Positions 43,161 to 53,340 are shown, counted from the first letter of the stretch. The stretch: 64,000 bases of DNA from an uncultured Candidatus Cloacimonadota bacterium (GCA_964583755.1 CAZOVZ010000004.1:4179-68178), one strand, 5' to 3'. Notes: generated by a model from the sequence alone, not told the origin. Program-made: numbers and translations.

Positions 43161-46100
43161 ATGACTGGCAACCTGCAAGGCAAAGCGAGAATCGTGTCAA
43201 ACAACAGCACCGAACCCAGATATCAGTTGAGGGATGATGGCGTCTTTGCCATCGCGGATTACAATTCCGCCAAAACTTTTTCCAGTTTCTTTCCCGGCCT
43301 GGCCGGAAAACTGGGCACCCCCATGTGGACCTTCTATGTCAACCGCGGGCAGTGCGTCTGCAGCCTGGGGATCGAGGGCAAACACAAGCCCATCATGGAA
43401 TTCCTGCCGGCCAACTGGGCCTACAATCTGGTTTCCACCCAGGGCTTCAGGACCTTTGTAATATTCCCGGATCAGACCGGCATCAACTTTTACGAACCCT
43501 TCCAAAACCACCCCCAGGACGCCCGTCTGGGGCGGACCCAGAGGATGCTGATCGCCCCGGCCCAGTTGACCCTGGAAGAGGATAACCTCAGCCTGGGACT
43601 CAGCTTCAGGGTCGAATACTTCAACATCCCGCAGGCCAGCTACGCGGGCCTGGCCCGCCGCCTGACCATCCGCAACCTGAACCCGGAACCGGTGCGCCTG
43701 CAGGTCCTGGACGGCCTGCCTTTGATCGTGCCCTACGGCCTCGACGACTTTTGCCTCAAACACATGCGCCGCCTCTTCGAAGCCTTCGCGGAAGTCACCA
43801 ACATTGATCAGCAGGTCCCCTTCTATAAACTCAAAGTGGAACCCGCCGACCGCCCCGACGTGGTGAGGATCACCAAAGGCAATTTCTACTTTGGCTTTGG
43901 CCCGGACCGCCAATTGGTCAGCCCCGTCTACGATCCCGTGAAAATCTTTGGCGGCCGCGCGGATTACCTCCATCCGGAAAATTTCATCTCCTCTTCTTGG
44001 GAAGAGCTGACATCAGATCAACATTACGAAAACCGTCTGCCTTGCGCGATGGGATCCTTTGAGGCCACGATAGCCGCAAATCGCACTTACACTTATACCT
44101 CAGTTATTGGTCACGCCAGGTCAGCCACCGAGCTGAACGAGCTGGTCCCCAATATTATCCGCGACGGATACCTTGAGGAGAAGGCTGTCGAAAATCAAGC
44201 GATCGTTTCGGAATTGACCCAGCGGAACTTCATTTGCAGTTCACAGCGGGCGCTGGATCAGTACGCAAGGCAGAATTTTTTGGACAACGTGCTCCGGGGC
44301 GGCTTCCCGCACACCCTCCAGGGCAGGCGGGGAAAGGCGGTTTTGCATCTCTATTCCCGCAAACACGGCGACCTGGAGCGGGATTACAACGACTACCGCC
44401 TCACCCCCACACCCTATTCCCAGGGCAACGGCAACTTCCGGGACGTGAACCAAAACCGGCGCAGCGACGTCTGGTTCAACCCCGAGGTCGGCGACGGCAA
44501 TGTGCGCCAGTTTTACGACCTGATCCAGCTGGATGGCTTCAACCCGCTGGTGATCAAAGAGCTCCGCTTCGCGGTTGCCGACCCCTCGCGCCGGGTTGAG
44601 ATCCTGGCGGAATACCTCGGCCCCCAAAACGTCGCAACCGTTGGCGGGTATCTGGCCGCTCCTTTTACCCCCGGGGATTTGATGGTGTTTCTAAACGCCC
44701 AGGGCATCGCGGTCAAGAGCGATCCCGACGCCTTTATCGGAGACCTGCTGAGCGTCAGCGCCAAACTCTATGGCACCGAACACGCGGAAGGCTACTGGAC
44801 CGACCACTGGACCTACAACCTCGACCTTTTGGAAAACTACCTGGCCCTCTATCCAGAACGCCGGCGGCAACTGCTGTTCGACCAGCCGGAGTTCAGCTTT
44901 TACGACGACGCCCATCGCGTCCAACCCCGGGATGACCGATATGTGGTCTGGGAAGGCCGCTGCATGCAGCTCGAAGCCGTGGTCCTCGACCCCGAAAAGG
45001 AAGCCCTGATCCGCCAACGCGGCCTGGAACCAAACAAGGTTCGCACCGGACACGGCAACGGTGAAATCTACCATACCACCCTCTTCGCCAAGCTGCTGTC
45101 CCTGGTGGCGAACAAACTCTCCTCCCTGGATCCGGAAGGCGTCGGCGTGGAGATGGAAGCCGGCAAACCCGGCTGGTACGATGCCCTCAACGGCCTGCCC
45201 GGCCTGATCGGTTCCAGCCTCAACGAAACCCTGGAGCTCAAACGCCAGCTTCTCTTCCTGCTCGCGGCCCTGGCCGAGCCGGGCATCCGGGACCGCCAGT
45301 TCTCCGTCTTCACCGAACTGGGGGAATTCATCTCCACGCTGCAAAGTTTATTGGCGTCCTCCCTTTCCCCCTTTGAATTTTGGGACCGCTCCAACGCTGC
45401 CAGGGAAAGCTTCCGGGCCTCCACCAGGTTGGGGATCGACGGAACCGAGCGCTCTTTTTCCGCCGGCGAACTAAGCGCCTTCATCGAAGCCGCCCTGCGC
45501 CAGGTCGATTCCGGCATCGCCAAAGCTTGGGACAATGATTCCGGCGTGATCGGCACCTATTTCATCCACGAAGTGGTGGAATCCGTCCCGCTAACGGTTG
45601 CCGGAGCCGGCGGCAACCCCGTGCCCAAACTGAATCACAAGGGCCTGCCCTGCTTCCGCGCCCTGAAGTTTCGCCAGTTGCCTTTGCCGCTGTTTTTGGA
45701 GGGGCCGGTGCATTACCTGCGCTGCGCGCCCGCTGCCGAAGAGGCTGCCCGGCTCGCCCGGAGCGTCAGGGCCAGCGCGCTGTTCGACCCCGTGTTGAAG
45801 ATGTACAAGGTAAACGAATCCCTCGCCAGCCAACCGATGGAGATCGGCCGGGCCAGGACCTTTTCCCCCGGCTGGTTCGAAAACGAATCGGTCTGGCTGC
45901 ACATGGAATACAAATACATGCTGGAGCTGCTGCGCAACGGCCTCTACACAGAGTTTTACCGGGATTTCCAGACCGTCTTCGTCCCCTTTCTGGACCCCGC
46001 TGTATACGGCCGCAGCATCCTGGAAAACTCCTCCTTCATCGTCAGCAGCGCCAATCCCGATCCCTCCGTGCACGGAAACGGCTTTGTGGCTCGCCTCAGC

Positions 46101-46502
46101 GGCGCTACGGCGGAGTTTATCAGCATCCTGAACCTGATGGCCCTGGGACCCCGCCCCTTCGAGCTCGATCCCGCCGGCAAGCTGCAACTGAACCTCAAAC
46201 CCGCCCTCCCCGCCTGGCTGTTCACCACCGAACCCCAGACCTGCCGGCTGAATTTCGCCGGCAAGATTCAGGATCTGGAGTTTCCCCCCGACAGCTTCAG
46301 TTTCATGTTTCTGGGCGAAATTCTGGTCACCTACCGCAACCCCTCGCGCAAGGACACCTTCGGCCCGCAGGGGGCCGTTCCCACCCAATGGAAAGTGACC
46401 TGGCGCGACGGCTCCGTTCGCAGTTTCGAAACCCTCCGTGGCGATATCGCCGAACAGATCCGCGACCGCCGGATCGACCGGCTCGAGGCGGAACTGCGCT
46501 GA
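43161..46502 (+). CDS. cytoplasmic GH94/GH149/GH161-like glycan phosphorylase candidate (beta-1,3-glucan phosphorylase-like)
   Basis: 1113 aa with no signal peptide. Motifs SQGNGNFRDVNQNRR and EAGKPGWYDALNGLPG resemble, from memory, the RD..QD and DWND catalytic regions of clan GH-Q phosphorylases. It sits in the laminarin locus next to GH3. The start is uncertain: ATG 43161 or in-frame GTG 43194. Confidence 0.5.
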   Translation: MTGNLQGKARIVSNNSTEPRYQLRDDGVFAIADYNSAKTFSSFFPGLAGKLGTPMWTFYVNRGQCVCSLGIEGKHKPIMEFLPANWAYNLVSTQGFRTFVIFPDQTGINFYEPFQNHPQDARLGRTQRMLIAPAQLTLEEDNLSLGLSFRVEYFNIPQASYAGLARRLTIRNLNPEPVRLQVLDGLPLIVPYGLDDFCLKHMRRLFEAFAEVTNIDQQVPFYKLKVEPADRPDVVRITKGNFYFGFGPDRQLVSPVYDPVKIFGGRADYLHPENFISSSWEELTSDQHYENRLPCAMGSFEATIAANRTYTYTSVIGHARSATELNELVPNIIRDGYLEEKAVENQAIVSELTQRNFICSSQRALDQYARQNFLDNVLRGGFPHTLQGRRGKAVLHLYSRKHGDLERDYNDYRLTPTPYSQGNGNFRDVNQNRRSDVWFNPEVGDGNVRQFYDLIQLDGFNPLVIKELRFAVADPSRRVEILAEYLGPQNVATVGGYLAAPFTPGDLMVFLNAQGIAVKSDPDAFIGDLLSVSAKLYGTEHAEGYWTDHWTYNLDLLENYLALYPERRRQLLFDQPEFSFYDDAHRVQPRDDRYVVWEGRCMQLEAVVLDPEKEALIRQRGLEPNKVRTGHGNGEIYHTTLFAKLLSLVANKLSSLDPEGVGVEMEAGKPGWYDALNGLPGLIGSSLNETLELKRQLLFLLAALAEPGIRDRQFSVFTELGEFISTLQSLLASSLSPFEFWDRSNAARESFRASTRLGIDGTERSFSAGELSAFIEAALRQVDSGIAKAWDNDSGVIGTYFIHEVVESVPLTVAGAGGNPVPKLNHKGLPCFRALKFRQLPLPLFLEGPVHYLRCAPAAEEAARLARSVRASALFDPVLKMYKVNESLASQPMEIGRARTFSPGWFENESVWLHMEYKYMLELLRNGLYTEFYRDFQTVFVPFLDPAVYGRSILENSSFIVSSANPDPSVHGNGFVARLSGATAEFISILNLMALGPRPFELDPAGKLQLNLKPALPAWLFTTEPQTCRLNFAGKIQDLEFPPDSFSFMFLGEILVTYRNPSRKDTFGPQGAVPTQWKVTWRDGSVRSFETLRGDIAEQIRDRRIDRLEAELR

Positions 46503-46534
46503 CCCTACAATCTAACTTTATGGAGAATACATCG

Positions 46535-48463
46535 ATGAAAGACTACGAAGACCAAATTTCCGAGTTAATGGCAAGCCTGACCGTGGTTCAAAAGATCGGC
46601 CAGTTGCTGCAGCCGGAGCGCCAGTTTATCACTCCGGACGAAGTGAAACTCCACCACATCGGCTCCGTGCTCAGCGGCGGCGGCTCCGTCCCCGGTGAAA
46701 ACCGCCCGGAAGACTGGATCGCCATGAATGACGCCTACTGGGCTGCTTCGATGGCGGAGGAGGAAGGCCGCCGGCCCATCCCGCTGATCTACGGGGTGGA
46801 CGCCATCCACGGCAACACCAACGTTTTGGGTGCCGTCGTCTTTCCCCACAACATCGGCCTGGGCGCCGCGCGCGACCCCGACCTGCTGGAACGCGTAGCC
46901 GCCGTGACCGCCGAAGAGATCGCCGCCACTGGTGTGGACTGGACCTTTGCGCCCACCCTCGCCGTGGCCCGCAACGACCACTGGGGCCGCACCTACGAAA
47001 GCTATTCCGAAGACCCCGCGCTGGTGGCAACCTACGCCTCCAGATTCGTCAAAGGCCTCCAGGGCGATTTCACCCAGGATAAAGTGATCGCCTGCGCCAA
47101 GCACTGGATCGGCGACGGCGCCACCCTCCACGGCATCGACCAGGGCGACATGTGCATCTCGGAGGAAGAACTGCGCAGGATCCATCTGCCCCCCTATCAG
47201 GCGGCGATCAAAGCCGGCGTCCTCACGGTGATGGTCTCCCTCAGCAGTTGGTATGGCGAAAAGTGCCACGGCCACAAATTCCTGATCACCGACCTGCTCA
47301 AAAACGAGCTTGGCTTCGACGGCTTCGTGGTCTCAGACTGGGACGGGATCGACTATCTGGATGAAGACTACGGCGAATGCGTCGCCCTGTCGCTCAACGC
47401 GGGGATGGACATGTTCATGATCACCTCCAAGTGGAGGGAGTTCATCTCCCATGTACGCCAGCATATCGCTTCCGGCCGCGTCTCCATAGACCGGATCGAC
47501 GACGCTGTCCGCCGCATACTGCGGGTGAAACTCCGCTTTGGCATGTTCAGCAAACCCAGGCCCGCGCAGCGCAAACTGTCCCTCGATCACTCCAGCTTCG
47601 GTTCTGCCGCCCATCGCGAGGTGGCCCGCGAAGCCGTGCGCAAATCCCTGGTCCTGCTCAAAAACGAGGATGACATCCTCCCCCTCTCCAAACATGCCCG
47701 CATCCTGGTCACCGGCAAAAACGCCCACAACCGCGGCCACCAGTGCGGCGGATTTACCGTCGCCTGGCAGGGTGTCAACGATAAAAAACCGCCCGAAGAC
47801 ACATCCTACGACCAGCCCGATCACGAAAAACCCCGTGATCCCGCCGAGAATGCCGCCTTTTCCTGGGGCTCGCTGATCGTGGGCGGAACCTCTATCTGGG
47901 AAGGAATCCAGGCTGTGGCTCCCAACGCCGTTTTGAGCGAGGACGGCTCCGATGCCGATCCCGCACTGCATGATCTGGCGATCGTGGTCATCGGCGAAGT
48001 GCCCTACGCCGAAATGCTCGGCGACATCCGCGTCGAAGGCCTGGCCAAGGGCCTGAAGATCAGCGCCGGCTCCACCGCCGAAACCCCTGCCGTCGAAGAC
48101 GCCCCCGCTGTGCCGAAAGGGCCCTATGGAACCCATCTCTACCTCCACGAATTGCATCCCGAGGACATTGCCACCATCGAAAAGATTGCCGCCAAAGGCA
48201 TACCCGTCGTCGCTGTGATGATCTGCGGCCGGCCGCTGGTGATAGAGCGGGAGCTGGACGCCTCCAAAGCCTTTGTGGTGGCCTGGTTTCCCGGCTCGGA
48301 AGGGCGGGGCGTGGCGGATGTCCTCTTTGGCGACTTCCCCATCCAGGGCAAATTGAGCTTCTCCTGGCCCCGTTATGACGATGAAAACTGGAATCTGGGC
48401 GATCCCGGCTACAATCCGCGGTTTCCCTACGGCTTCGGATTGGAGTACCGTAAACCCATTTAA
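46535..48463 (+). CDS. GH3 beta-glucosidase (BglX-like), no signal peptide
   Basis: ORF 46388..48463 trimmed to the ATG at 46535, with GGAGAA 7 nt upstream; an alternative ATG is at 46520. Motifs KIGQLLQP, YGVDAIHGN, FPHNIGLGA and GFVVSDWDGI (nucleophile Asp). Confidence 0.85.
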   Translation: MKDYEDQISELMASLTVVQKIGQLLQPERQFITPDEVKLHHIGSVLSGGGSVPGENRPEDWIAMNDAYWAASMAEEEGRRPIPLIYGVDAIHGNTNVLGAVVFPHNIGLGAARDPDLLERVAAVTAEEIAATGVDWTFAPTLAVARNDHWGRTYESYSEDPALVATYASRFVKGLQGDFTQDKVIACAKHWIGDGATLHGIDQGDMCISEEELRRIHLPPYQAAIKAGVLTVMVSLSSWYGEKCHGHKFLITDLLKNELGFDGFVVSDWDGIDYLDEDYGECVALSLNAGMDMFMITSKWREFISHVRQHIASGRVSIDRIDDAVRRILRVKLRFGMFSKPRPAQRKLSLDHSSFGSAAHREVAREAVRKSLVLLKNEDDILPLSKHARILVTGKNAHNRGHQCGGFTVAWQGVNDKKPPEDTSYDQPDHEKPRDPAENAAFSWGSLIVGGTSIWEGIQAVAPNAVLSEDGSDADPALHDLAIVVIGEVPYAEMLGDIRVEGLAKGLKISAGSTAETPAVEDAPAVPKGPYGTHLYLHELHPEDIATIEKIAAKGIPVVAVMICGRPLVIERELDASKAFVVAWFPGSEGRGVADVLFGDFPIQGKLSFSWPRYDDENWNLGDPGYNPRFPYGFGLEYRKPI

Positions 48464-48578
48464 CTCGCGCAAACTGAACATGATGGAATGGGGAACCCGC
48501 GGCGGTTCCCCATCTTTTTCCTTGCCAACCGCGGCGGACCTGAAAACCGTGCCGAAACTACGCTCAAAGGTGACGCCG

Positions 48579-49052
48579 ATGGCACAGATAATCAACGTTC
48601 GAGACCACAAACCCGGCCTGGAGGCAGCCGCCAGCTACATCCACGGCAAGTGGGGCAGGCCACAGAACTTTGACTTTTACCTGGACTGCGTGGTCCATTC
48701 TTCCCTGTCAGAGCAAGCATTGCCCCGCTTTTACCTGATGGTGGAGGGGGACCTGGTCATCGGTTGCTACGCCCTGCTGACCAACGACCTGATCAGCCGC
48801 CAGGACCTGCTTCCCTGGCTGGCCTGCCTCTACGTGGAAAAACCCTGCCGGGGCAGGGCCCTGGGCGGCAGGTTGCTGGAGCATGGGGTCTCGGAAGCGC
48901 GGCGGCTGGGATTTGAGAAAGTCTACCTGACCACGGACCACGACGGTTACTACGAAAAGTATGGCTGGGTCAGGATGGAAGACGGTTTCAACCTCTTCGG
49001 CGAGCGAGGCAGGATCTACTTTTTCGACCTCCGTGGGGTGGGCATCGGATAA
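48579..49052 (+). CDS. GNAT family N-acetyltransferase
   Basis: ORF trimmed to the ATG at 48579, which has an AAGGTGA RBS. Acetyl-CoA motif YVEKPCRGRALGGRLLEHGVSEARRLGF. Confidence 0.75.
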   Translation: MAQIINVRDHKPGLEAAASYIHGKWGRPQNFDFYLDCVVHSSLSEQALPRFYLMVEGDLVIGCYALLTNDLISRQDLLPWLACLYVEKPCRGRALGGRLLEHGVSEARRLGFEKVYLTTDHDGYYEKYGWVRMEDGFNLFGERGRIYFFDLRGVGIG

Positions 49053-49078
49053 TTATCTGGACAACCTGGCATACTGTC

Positions 49079-49288
49079 TCAGATAATGAACACCTCTTCC
49101 ACGTTCTTGTGGAAAACCCGGGCGATCCTGACTGCTAACAGCAAGGACGGCAGATACTTGCCCGCCTCCAAGGCGATGATGGTCTGACGGGTGACGCCCA
49201 CTTTTCTGGCCAGCTCTTCCTGCGTCATCTCCCCCGCTTCAAAGCGGCATTTGCGGATCTGGTTGATGTTGATGCTGGTCTTAAACAT
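49079..49288 (-). CDS. XRE-family helix-turn-helix transcriptional regulator
   Basis: 69 aa. The HTH is [39 protein letters not shown]. Its ATG overlaps the upstream stop (ATGTTTAA). Confidence 0.85.
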   Translation of the reverse strand: MFKTSININQIRKCRFEAGEMTQEELARKVGVTRQTIIALEAGKYLPSLLLAVRIARVFHKNVEEVFII

Positions 49289-49694
49289 TGAAACTCCCGG
49301 TGCGGTAGAGGATCAGGATGGCCCCGGTCCAAAACACGTAGAGCGAGATCCACGCGTAGTAAGCCAGATCAAGCACCTGTCCCAGAGGCACTTGCAACGT
49401 GTCCAGATGCTTCAGGTAAAGCGCCAGCGCATAGATCATCACCACCGCCAGCAGACCGTGGATGGCGATCAGCGCCGCCTGGTAGCGGATGGTCTTGTCG
49501 CGTTCGTCCAGCTTGCTGAATTTCGCCCCCAGCCCATGCCGGATCAGCCAGAGGGACACGATGAACAGCGTGAGCAGCAGCAAGGTCAGATCCAGATTGG
49601 GCAGTCCGGGCAGCCTCACGAAGAGGGCTTTGACCAGGATGAACAGCACCCCGCTGAACAGGGACCAGAGGGCTTCCTTTTGTTGCAGCAGCAT
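49281..49694 (-). CDS. small 4-TM membrane protein co-transcribed with the XRE regulator
   Basis: ATG at 49694 with GGGAG 6 nt upstream; the ORF-track TTG is at 49712. Four hydrophobic segments. Confidence 0.65.
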   Translation of the reverse strand: MLLQQKEALWSLFSGVLFILVKALFVRLPGLPNLDLTLLLLTLFIVSLWLIRHGLGAKFSKLDERDKTIRYQAALIAIHGLLAVVMIYALALYLKHLDTLQVPLGQVLDLAYYAWISLYVFWTGAILILYRTGSFNV

Positions 49695-49858
49695 AAGCAA
49701 CTCCCAAATCAAAGTAATCCGGCTGAAAAGTGTCAGATCGACATGTCAGCCAGATCTGACTCCATGAATAAACTCATTTACATTATGTCAAGCATTTTTT
49801 ACATATACTCTGGTAAAAGATATGACAAAGCCCTCAAACCGACATCCATCTTATCCCG

Positions 49859-49976
49859 CCCTTATTATACTCCCATCTGATTCCCGAAATCCACCCGAAG
49901 AGTTAGCGAGCATGGGCCGGGAACTCTCACGGTACCTAAGACGTATCAGGTGAGACTGTAATAAGGGCCAGGGGGG
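49859..49976. repeat. long imperfect palindromic element, copy B (CCACCCGAAGAGTT family)
   Basis: CCCTTATTA (49859-49867) pairs with TAATAAGGG (49959-49967). The inner part is ATCCACCCGAAGAGTT ... AACTCTCACGGT. The tail is CCAGGGGGG. It aligns with 30391..30506, with changed arms and a different loop. Confidence 0.7.
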
Positions 49977-50251
49977 ACCGTTCCTGCCAGAGACCGGTTT
50001 GCCAAAGACCAATTTTTCATTATTCACCTCCACCTATAGTGGGTTACGGATTTTGTGAAAACCCTAAGGTAACATTTTTCACAGTAACATTGCCCGCCAC
50101 GGGTATATAGCATGAGGGTAAAATTCCGGTTTGCCAGAATCGGCCTCCGGATTATATTCTCAAAGTGTAGAAAATTGGAATCCGGCACCAGGGGAAAAGC
50201 TTGCCGGGCGTTCGTTAACCAACCTTTTTCAAGTCGCAGGGGGAAAGATCT

Positions 50252-50437
50252 GTGTGCGATACCAAGAAAAGTCCCAGAAAGATGAATCCGGAGGAGCTGT
50301 TCGAGTTTCACCTGGCGTTTATGGACAACCGCTGGTGGTTTGGCTCGATCTCGGTGGCTTTGGGCCAGCCCTGGTTCAGCGAAGAACGCCGGGTGGCCCT
50401 GATCCAGCTTGAAGAGGAAACCGGCGATCAACCCTGA
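50252..50437 (+). CDS. small hypothetical protein (51-61 aa)
   Basis: GTG at 50252 follows GGGGGA; an internal ATG is at 50282. Third codon positions are strongly G/C-biased, like the host genes. The product is ...MNPEELFEFHLAFMDNRWWFGSISVALGQPWFSEERRVALIQLEEETGDQP. Confidence 0.4.
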   Translation: MCDTKKSPRKMNPEELFEFHLAFMDNRWWFGSISVALGQPWFSEERRVALIQLEEETGDQP

Positions 50438-50590
50438 TCAGGAAGCCGGAAGTTGACAACAACCTTTTTTACTTGACTGTATTGCCGGCGGGGATAAGCT
50501 GAGTTTGTGGTGGCTAAGCTGCCGAAATCAGGCTTCTCCCCGCGTCCCGGCAGGTTTTGAAACCCAACCCCAAACCGACAGGAGGTGATG

Positions 50591-52528
50591 ATGCTCCAGT
50601 TTGTCAGGTCAGTTTCCGCCAGCGTGGCGCTGTTCGCTCTCGCGCTGCTGTTCTCCGCCGCTCCCCTTTCCGTGGAAGGCTATCCCATCCTCGCCAATTA
50701 CTATCTTTCGGCTTTCGAGCCCTACCAAAACAACACGCTGGTTCCAGCCCTGGCCCGCTATGACCTACTGATCCTTGATATGGAGATGGGCGAACGCAAC
50801 CCTCAGGCCATCAGCGGAATACGTCAATTGAACCCGGAGGTGAAGATCCTGGCCTACATGACCTGTCAGCAGATAACCGTAAGCCCGGACCCGCTGACAG
50901 AAGTACTTCGTGACGACCTTTTTGACGGAATCGACCCTTCCTGGTGGTTGCAGACAAACAACGGCGATCGGGTCACGGGTTGGCCTGGCACTGAAATGTT
51001 GAACTGCTCCGTGTATTGCCCCCAGATTGGCGGCCAGACCTGGAACGGCTACTTTGCCAGTTTCATCACCGGCTCAGTACTCTCCAACCCCTGCTGGGAC
51101 GGCTTCTTCGTTGATAACTGCTGGTCAACCGTACCAACTGAGATGCCTGATTTCGATGCCTGCAACCTGCATTTGATCGATTGTAATGCCGATAGTGTGA
51201 TCGATCCGCGCGCCTGGCTGGACCAGCAATGGAAAGCAGGAATGGACCAGATGCTCGCGCAATTGCGGCAAGCTAATCCGGGCAAGCTGATCGTGGGTAA
51301 TGCCGGCTATGACTTTGGCGCCCACTTGAACGGAGCGATGTTTGAGGAATGGGACGATTCCAATCCGGACAACGGTTTCGGCTTCGACTGGGGCAAGTTG
51401 CTCTGGATGCAGGCGGACCTGCCTTCCCAACAACAGGCTCCAACCTTGAATGTGGCAATCGCCAGGCAGCCAGGCAACCTTCCCACCGACTTCCGCCATC
51501 TGCGTTTAAGCCTCAGCGCCGCTCTGCTGAGCGACGTTTACTATGGGATCGACAAAGGGCCCGAAGCCCATGCCGACACCTGGTGGTACGATGAATTTGA
51601 CTACGACCTGGGGCAGCCGTTGGAAACACTGGAACTGCTTGGGCCAGAACAGATGATCAATGGTGGCTTTGCGAGCCTGGCCGGCTGGAGTGCCGAAGTG
51701 ATCAGTCCGCTGAGCTTGGAAAACCACCTAAGCTTGGGCAATGAAAACGGCAACACCTTTGCGCGCTGCAACATCGCCAATACCGACAGCCTGGACTGGC
51801 ATTTCGCCCTCAAACAAACCAACAACCCCGGCCTGACCTTCACCTATGGCCAGCAATACTTCATTACGTTTCGCGCCAAAGCTGACCATCCCCGCCCCAT
51901 CGAACTGGTTATAATGAAGGAAACTGAAAACTGGCAATGGCTGATGCCAGCGCCAGTGTTGCAATTGGACACGGTCTGGCAGACCTTTGAGTACCTGGTG
52001 ACTCCCAGCACTACAAACATCCCCGTCGCGACCGATATCCGCTTCGCCTTTTTTCTGGGCCAGGAAGACGGAAGCGTCTGCATCGACGACGTCAGCATGC
52101 GGCGGATCGATGCCGACCGCGCGCTGCAACGCCGCTTTGCCAACGGCCTGGCCATCTGCAACCCTACATCTTTTCCCGTGACGGTGGGTCTGGACGGCAC
52201 CTACCATCACATCCAGGGGCATCAGGACCCGGCAGTGAACAACGGCCAGCCCTGCACTTCGGTCACTGTGCCCGCCTTCGACGGCGTGATCCTGCTCAAC
52301 TATCCGCCCCCGGCGCTGCTCAGCCCGGAGCCCTGGATCCGCAAAACCGCGGCGGGGATCGAAATCAGTTGGCCCCCGGTCTCCGGGGCAGGCCAATACG
52401 TCTTGCAATGTTCCGCGAATCCGCAATCCGGCTTTGTGACCCTGGTCACCACGACCCTGACCCGATACACCGATATCAGCGGCCAGAAGCGGTTCTACCG
52501 GGTGATCGCGGTTACTTCGACCCAATAG
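50591..52528 (+). CDS. secreted putative glycoside hydrolase-like TIM barrel (GHL/GH114-like) + CBM4/9-like + Fn3-like
   Basis: GGAGG RBS followed by tandem ATGs; I use 50591. Signal peptide is LQFVRSVSASVALFALALLFSAAP. Motifs YDLLILDME, KILAYM and WDGFFVDNCW are typical of GHL/GH114-type barrels. The CBM-like segment reads MINGGFASLAGWSAE...VCIDDVSM. The family call is from memory. Confidence 0.5.
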   Translation: MLQFVRSVSASVALFALALLFSAAPLSVEGYPILANYYLSAFEPYQNNTLVPALARYDLLILDMEMGERNPQAISGIRQLNPEVKILAYMTCQQITVSPDPLTEVLRDDLFDGIDPSWWLQTNNGDRVTGWPGTEMLNCSVYCPQIGGQTWNGYFASFITGSVLSNPCWDGFFVDNCWSTVPTEMPDFDACNLHLIDCNADSVIDPRAWLDQQWKAGMDQMLAQLRQANPGKLIVGNAGYDFGAHLNGAMFEEWDDSNPDNGFGFDWGKLLWMQADLPSQQQAPTLNVAIARQPGNLPTDFRHLRLSLSAALLSDVYYGIDKGPEAHADTWWYDEFDYDLGQPLETLELLGPEQMINGGFASLAGWSAEVISPLSLENHLSLGNENGNTFARCNIANTDSLDWHFALKQTNNPGLTFTYGQQYFITFRAKADHPRPIELVIMKETENWQWLMPAPVLQLDTVWQTFEYLVTPSTTNIPVATDIRFAFFLGQEDGSVCIDDVSMRRIDADRALQRRFANGLAICNPTSFPVTVGLDGTYHHIQGHQDPAVNNGQPCTSVTVPAFDGVILLNYPPPALLSPEPWIRKTAAGIEISWPPVSGAGQYVLQCSANPQSGFVTLVTTTLTRYTDISGQKRFYRVIAVTSTQ

Positions 52529-52562
52529 AGATTTCAAACATATACCCACATCAGGAGGTGAA

Positions 52563-53072
52563 ATGATCAGATTCCTTACCTTGCTGGCGCTGACCGCGCT
52601 GCTGTTTTCCTGTTCCGAACCGACCCGGATCGTCCTCAGCGACGCCAACGACGACTCCGTGGCCCATCTGGCGCCGGACCCCGAGATCATGGGCAACACG
52701 GAAATCTTTTTCATCCCCGGCACCATCCAGGGCTCGGCGATCTGGGTGATCAACGGCCCTTCCGCCAACGTTGGGATCGACCTTCGCGACCGTGACAACA
52801 CGGCTTTCATCTACTACGCGGACAGCTATGTAGGGAAAAGCGCCAACGTGGCCCAGACCGGCACTCAGATCCCTTGGAACCGCTGGATGCGGGCGCGCCT
52901 GGTGGTCTATGAATCCGGGCTGTCCGGCTGGATCGTGAGCGCCCTGGAAGCCCTCGGAATGGACTTTTTCGACAGCCTGGAAGACTACATGATCGAGCAG
53001 GTCTACGAGACGGACATCTATCTGCAGGCGGACGGCAAACGGATGAGCACGCCGGTCCGGCAGGTTAGATAA
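52563..53072 (+). CDS. lipoprotein of unknown function
   Basis: AGGAGGTG RBS. Lipobox LTALLFSC. Confidence 0.65.
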   Translation: MIRFLTLLALTALLFSCSEPTRIVLSDANDDSVAHLAPDPEIMGNTEIFFIPGTIQGSAIWVINGPSANVGIDLRDRDNTAFIYYADSYVGKSANVAQTGTQIPWNRWMRARLVVYESGLSGWIVSALEALGMDFFDSLEDYMIEQVYETDIYLQADGKRMSTPVRQVR

Positions 53073-53119
53073 CGGGTCTTCGCTCTGACCCTCTGAACCA
53101 ATCCAGACCAACCTCCCAT

Positions 53120-53150
53120 GCCGGCTCCAGCCTTGGAGCCGGCTTTTTTT
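53120..53150 (+). terminator. rho-independent terminator
   Basis: GCCGGCTCC agcctt GGAGCCGGC followed by TTTTTTT. Confidence 0.85.
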
Positions 53151-53340
53151 CGCTCACCCCTGCCTTCAGTTGGTTACGGCAAGCCCTGTCCCGGCGAAAA
53201 ATCTTGACCAAAGCAAAGCCTGTCTTTTACTGGCAGCGATTTTGGGTGTTACTGCCCGCATCAATCTGCCAGACAAGAAGTTCCGCATGGGCCAGTCCCG
53301 GCGGATTTTGAGTTTATGACCCTGTTTCAAGAGGTAATAT

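Noticed and set aside
49851-50033. The 60-aa ORF (minus strand) and a 24-codon ORF with RBS GGAGGTG (ATG at 50013) overlapping palindromic element B.
   Set aside because: The reading frames simply run through the long hairpin. The homologous element A does not preserve either frame. The composition is not gene-like.
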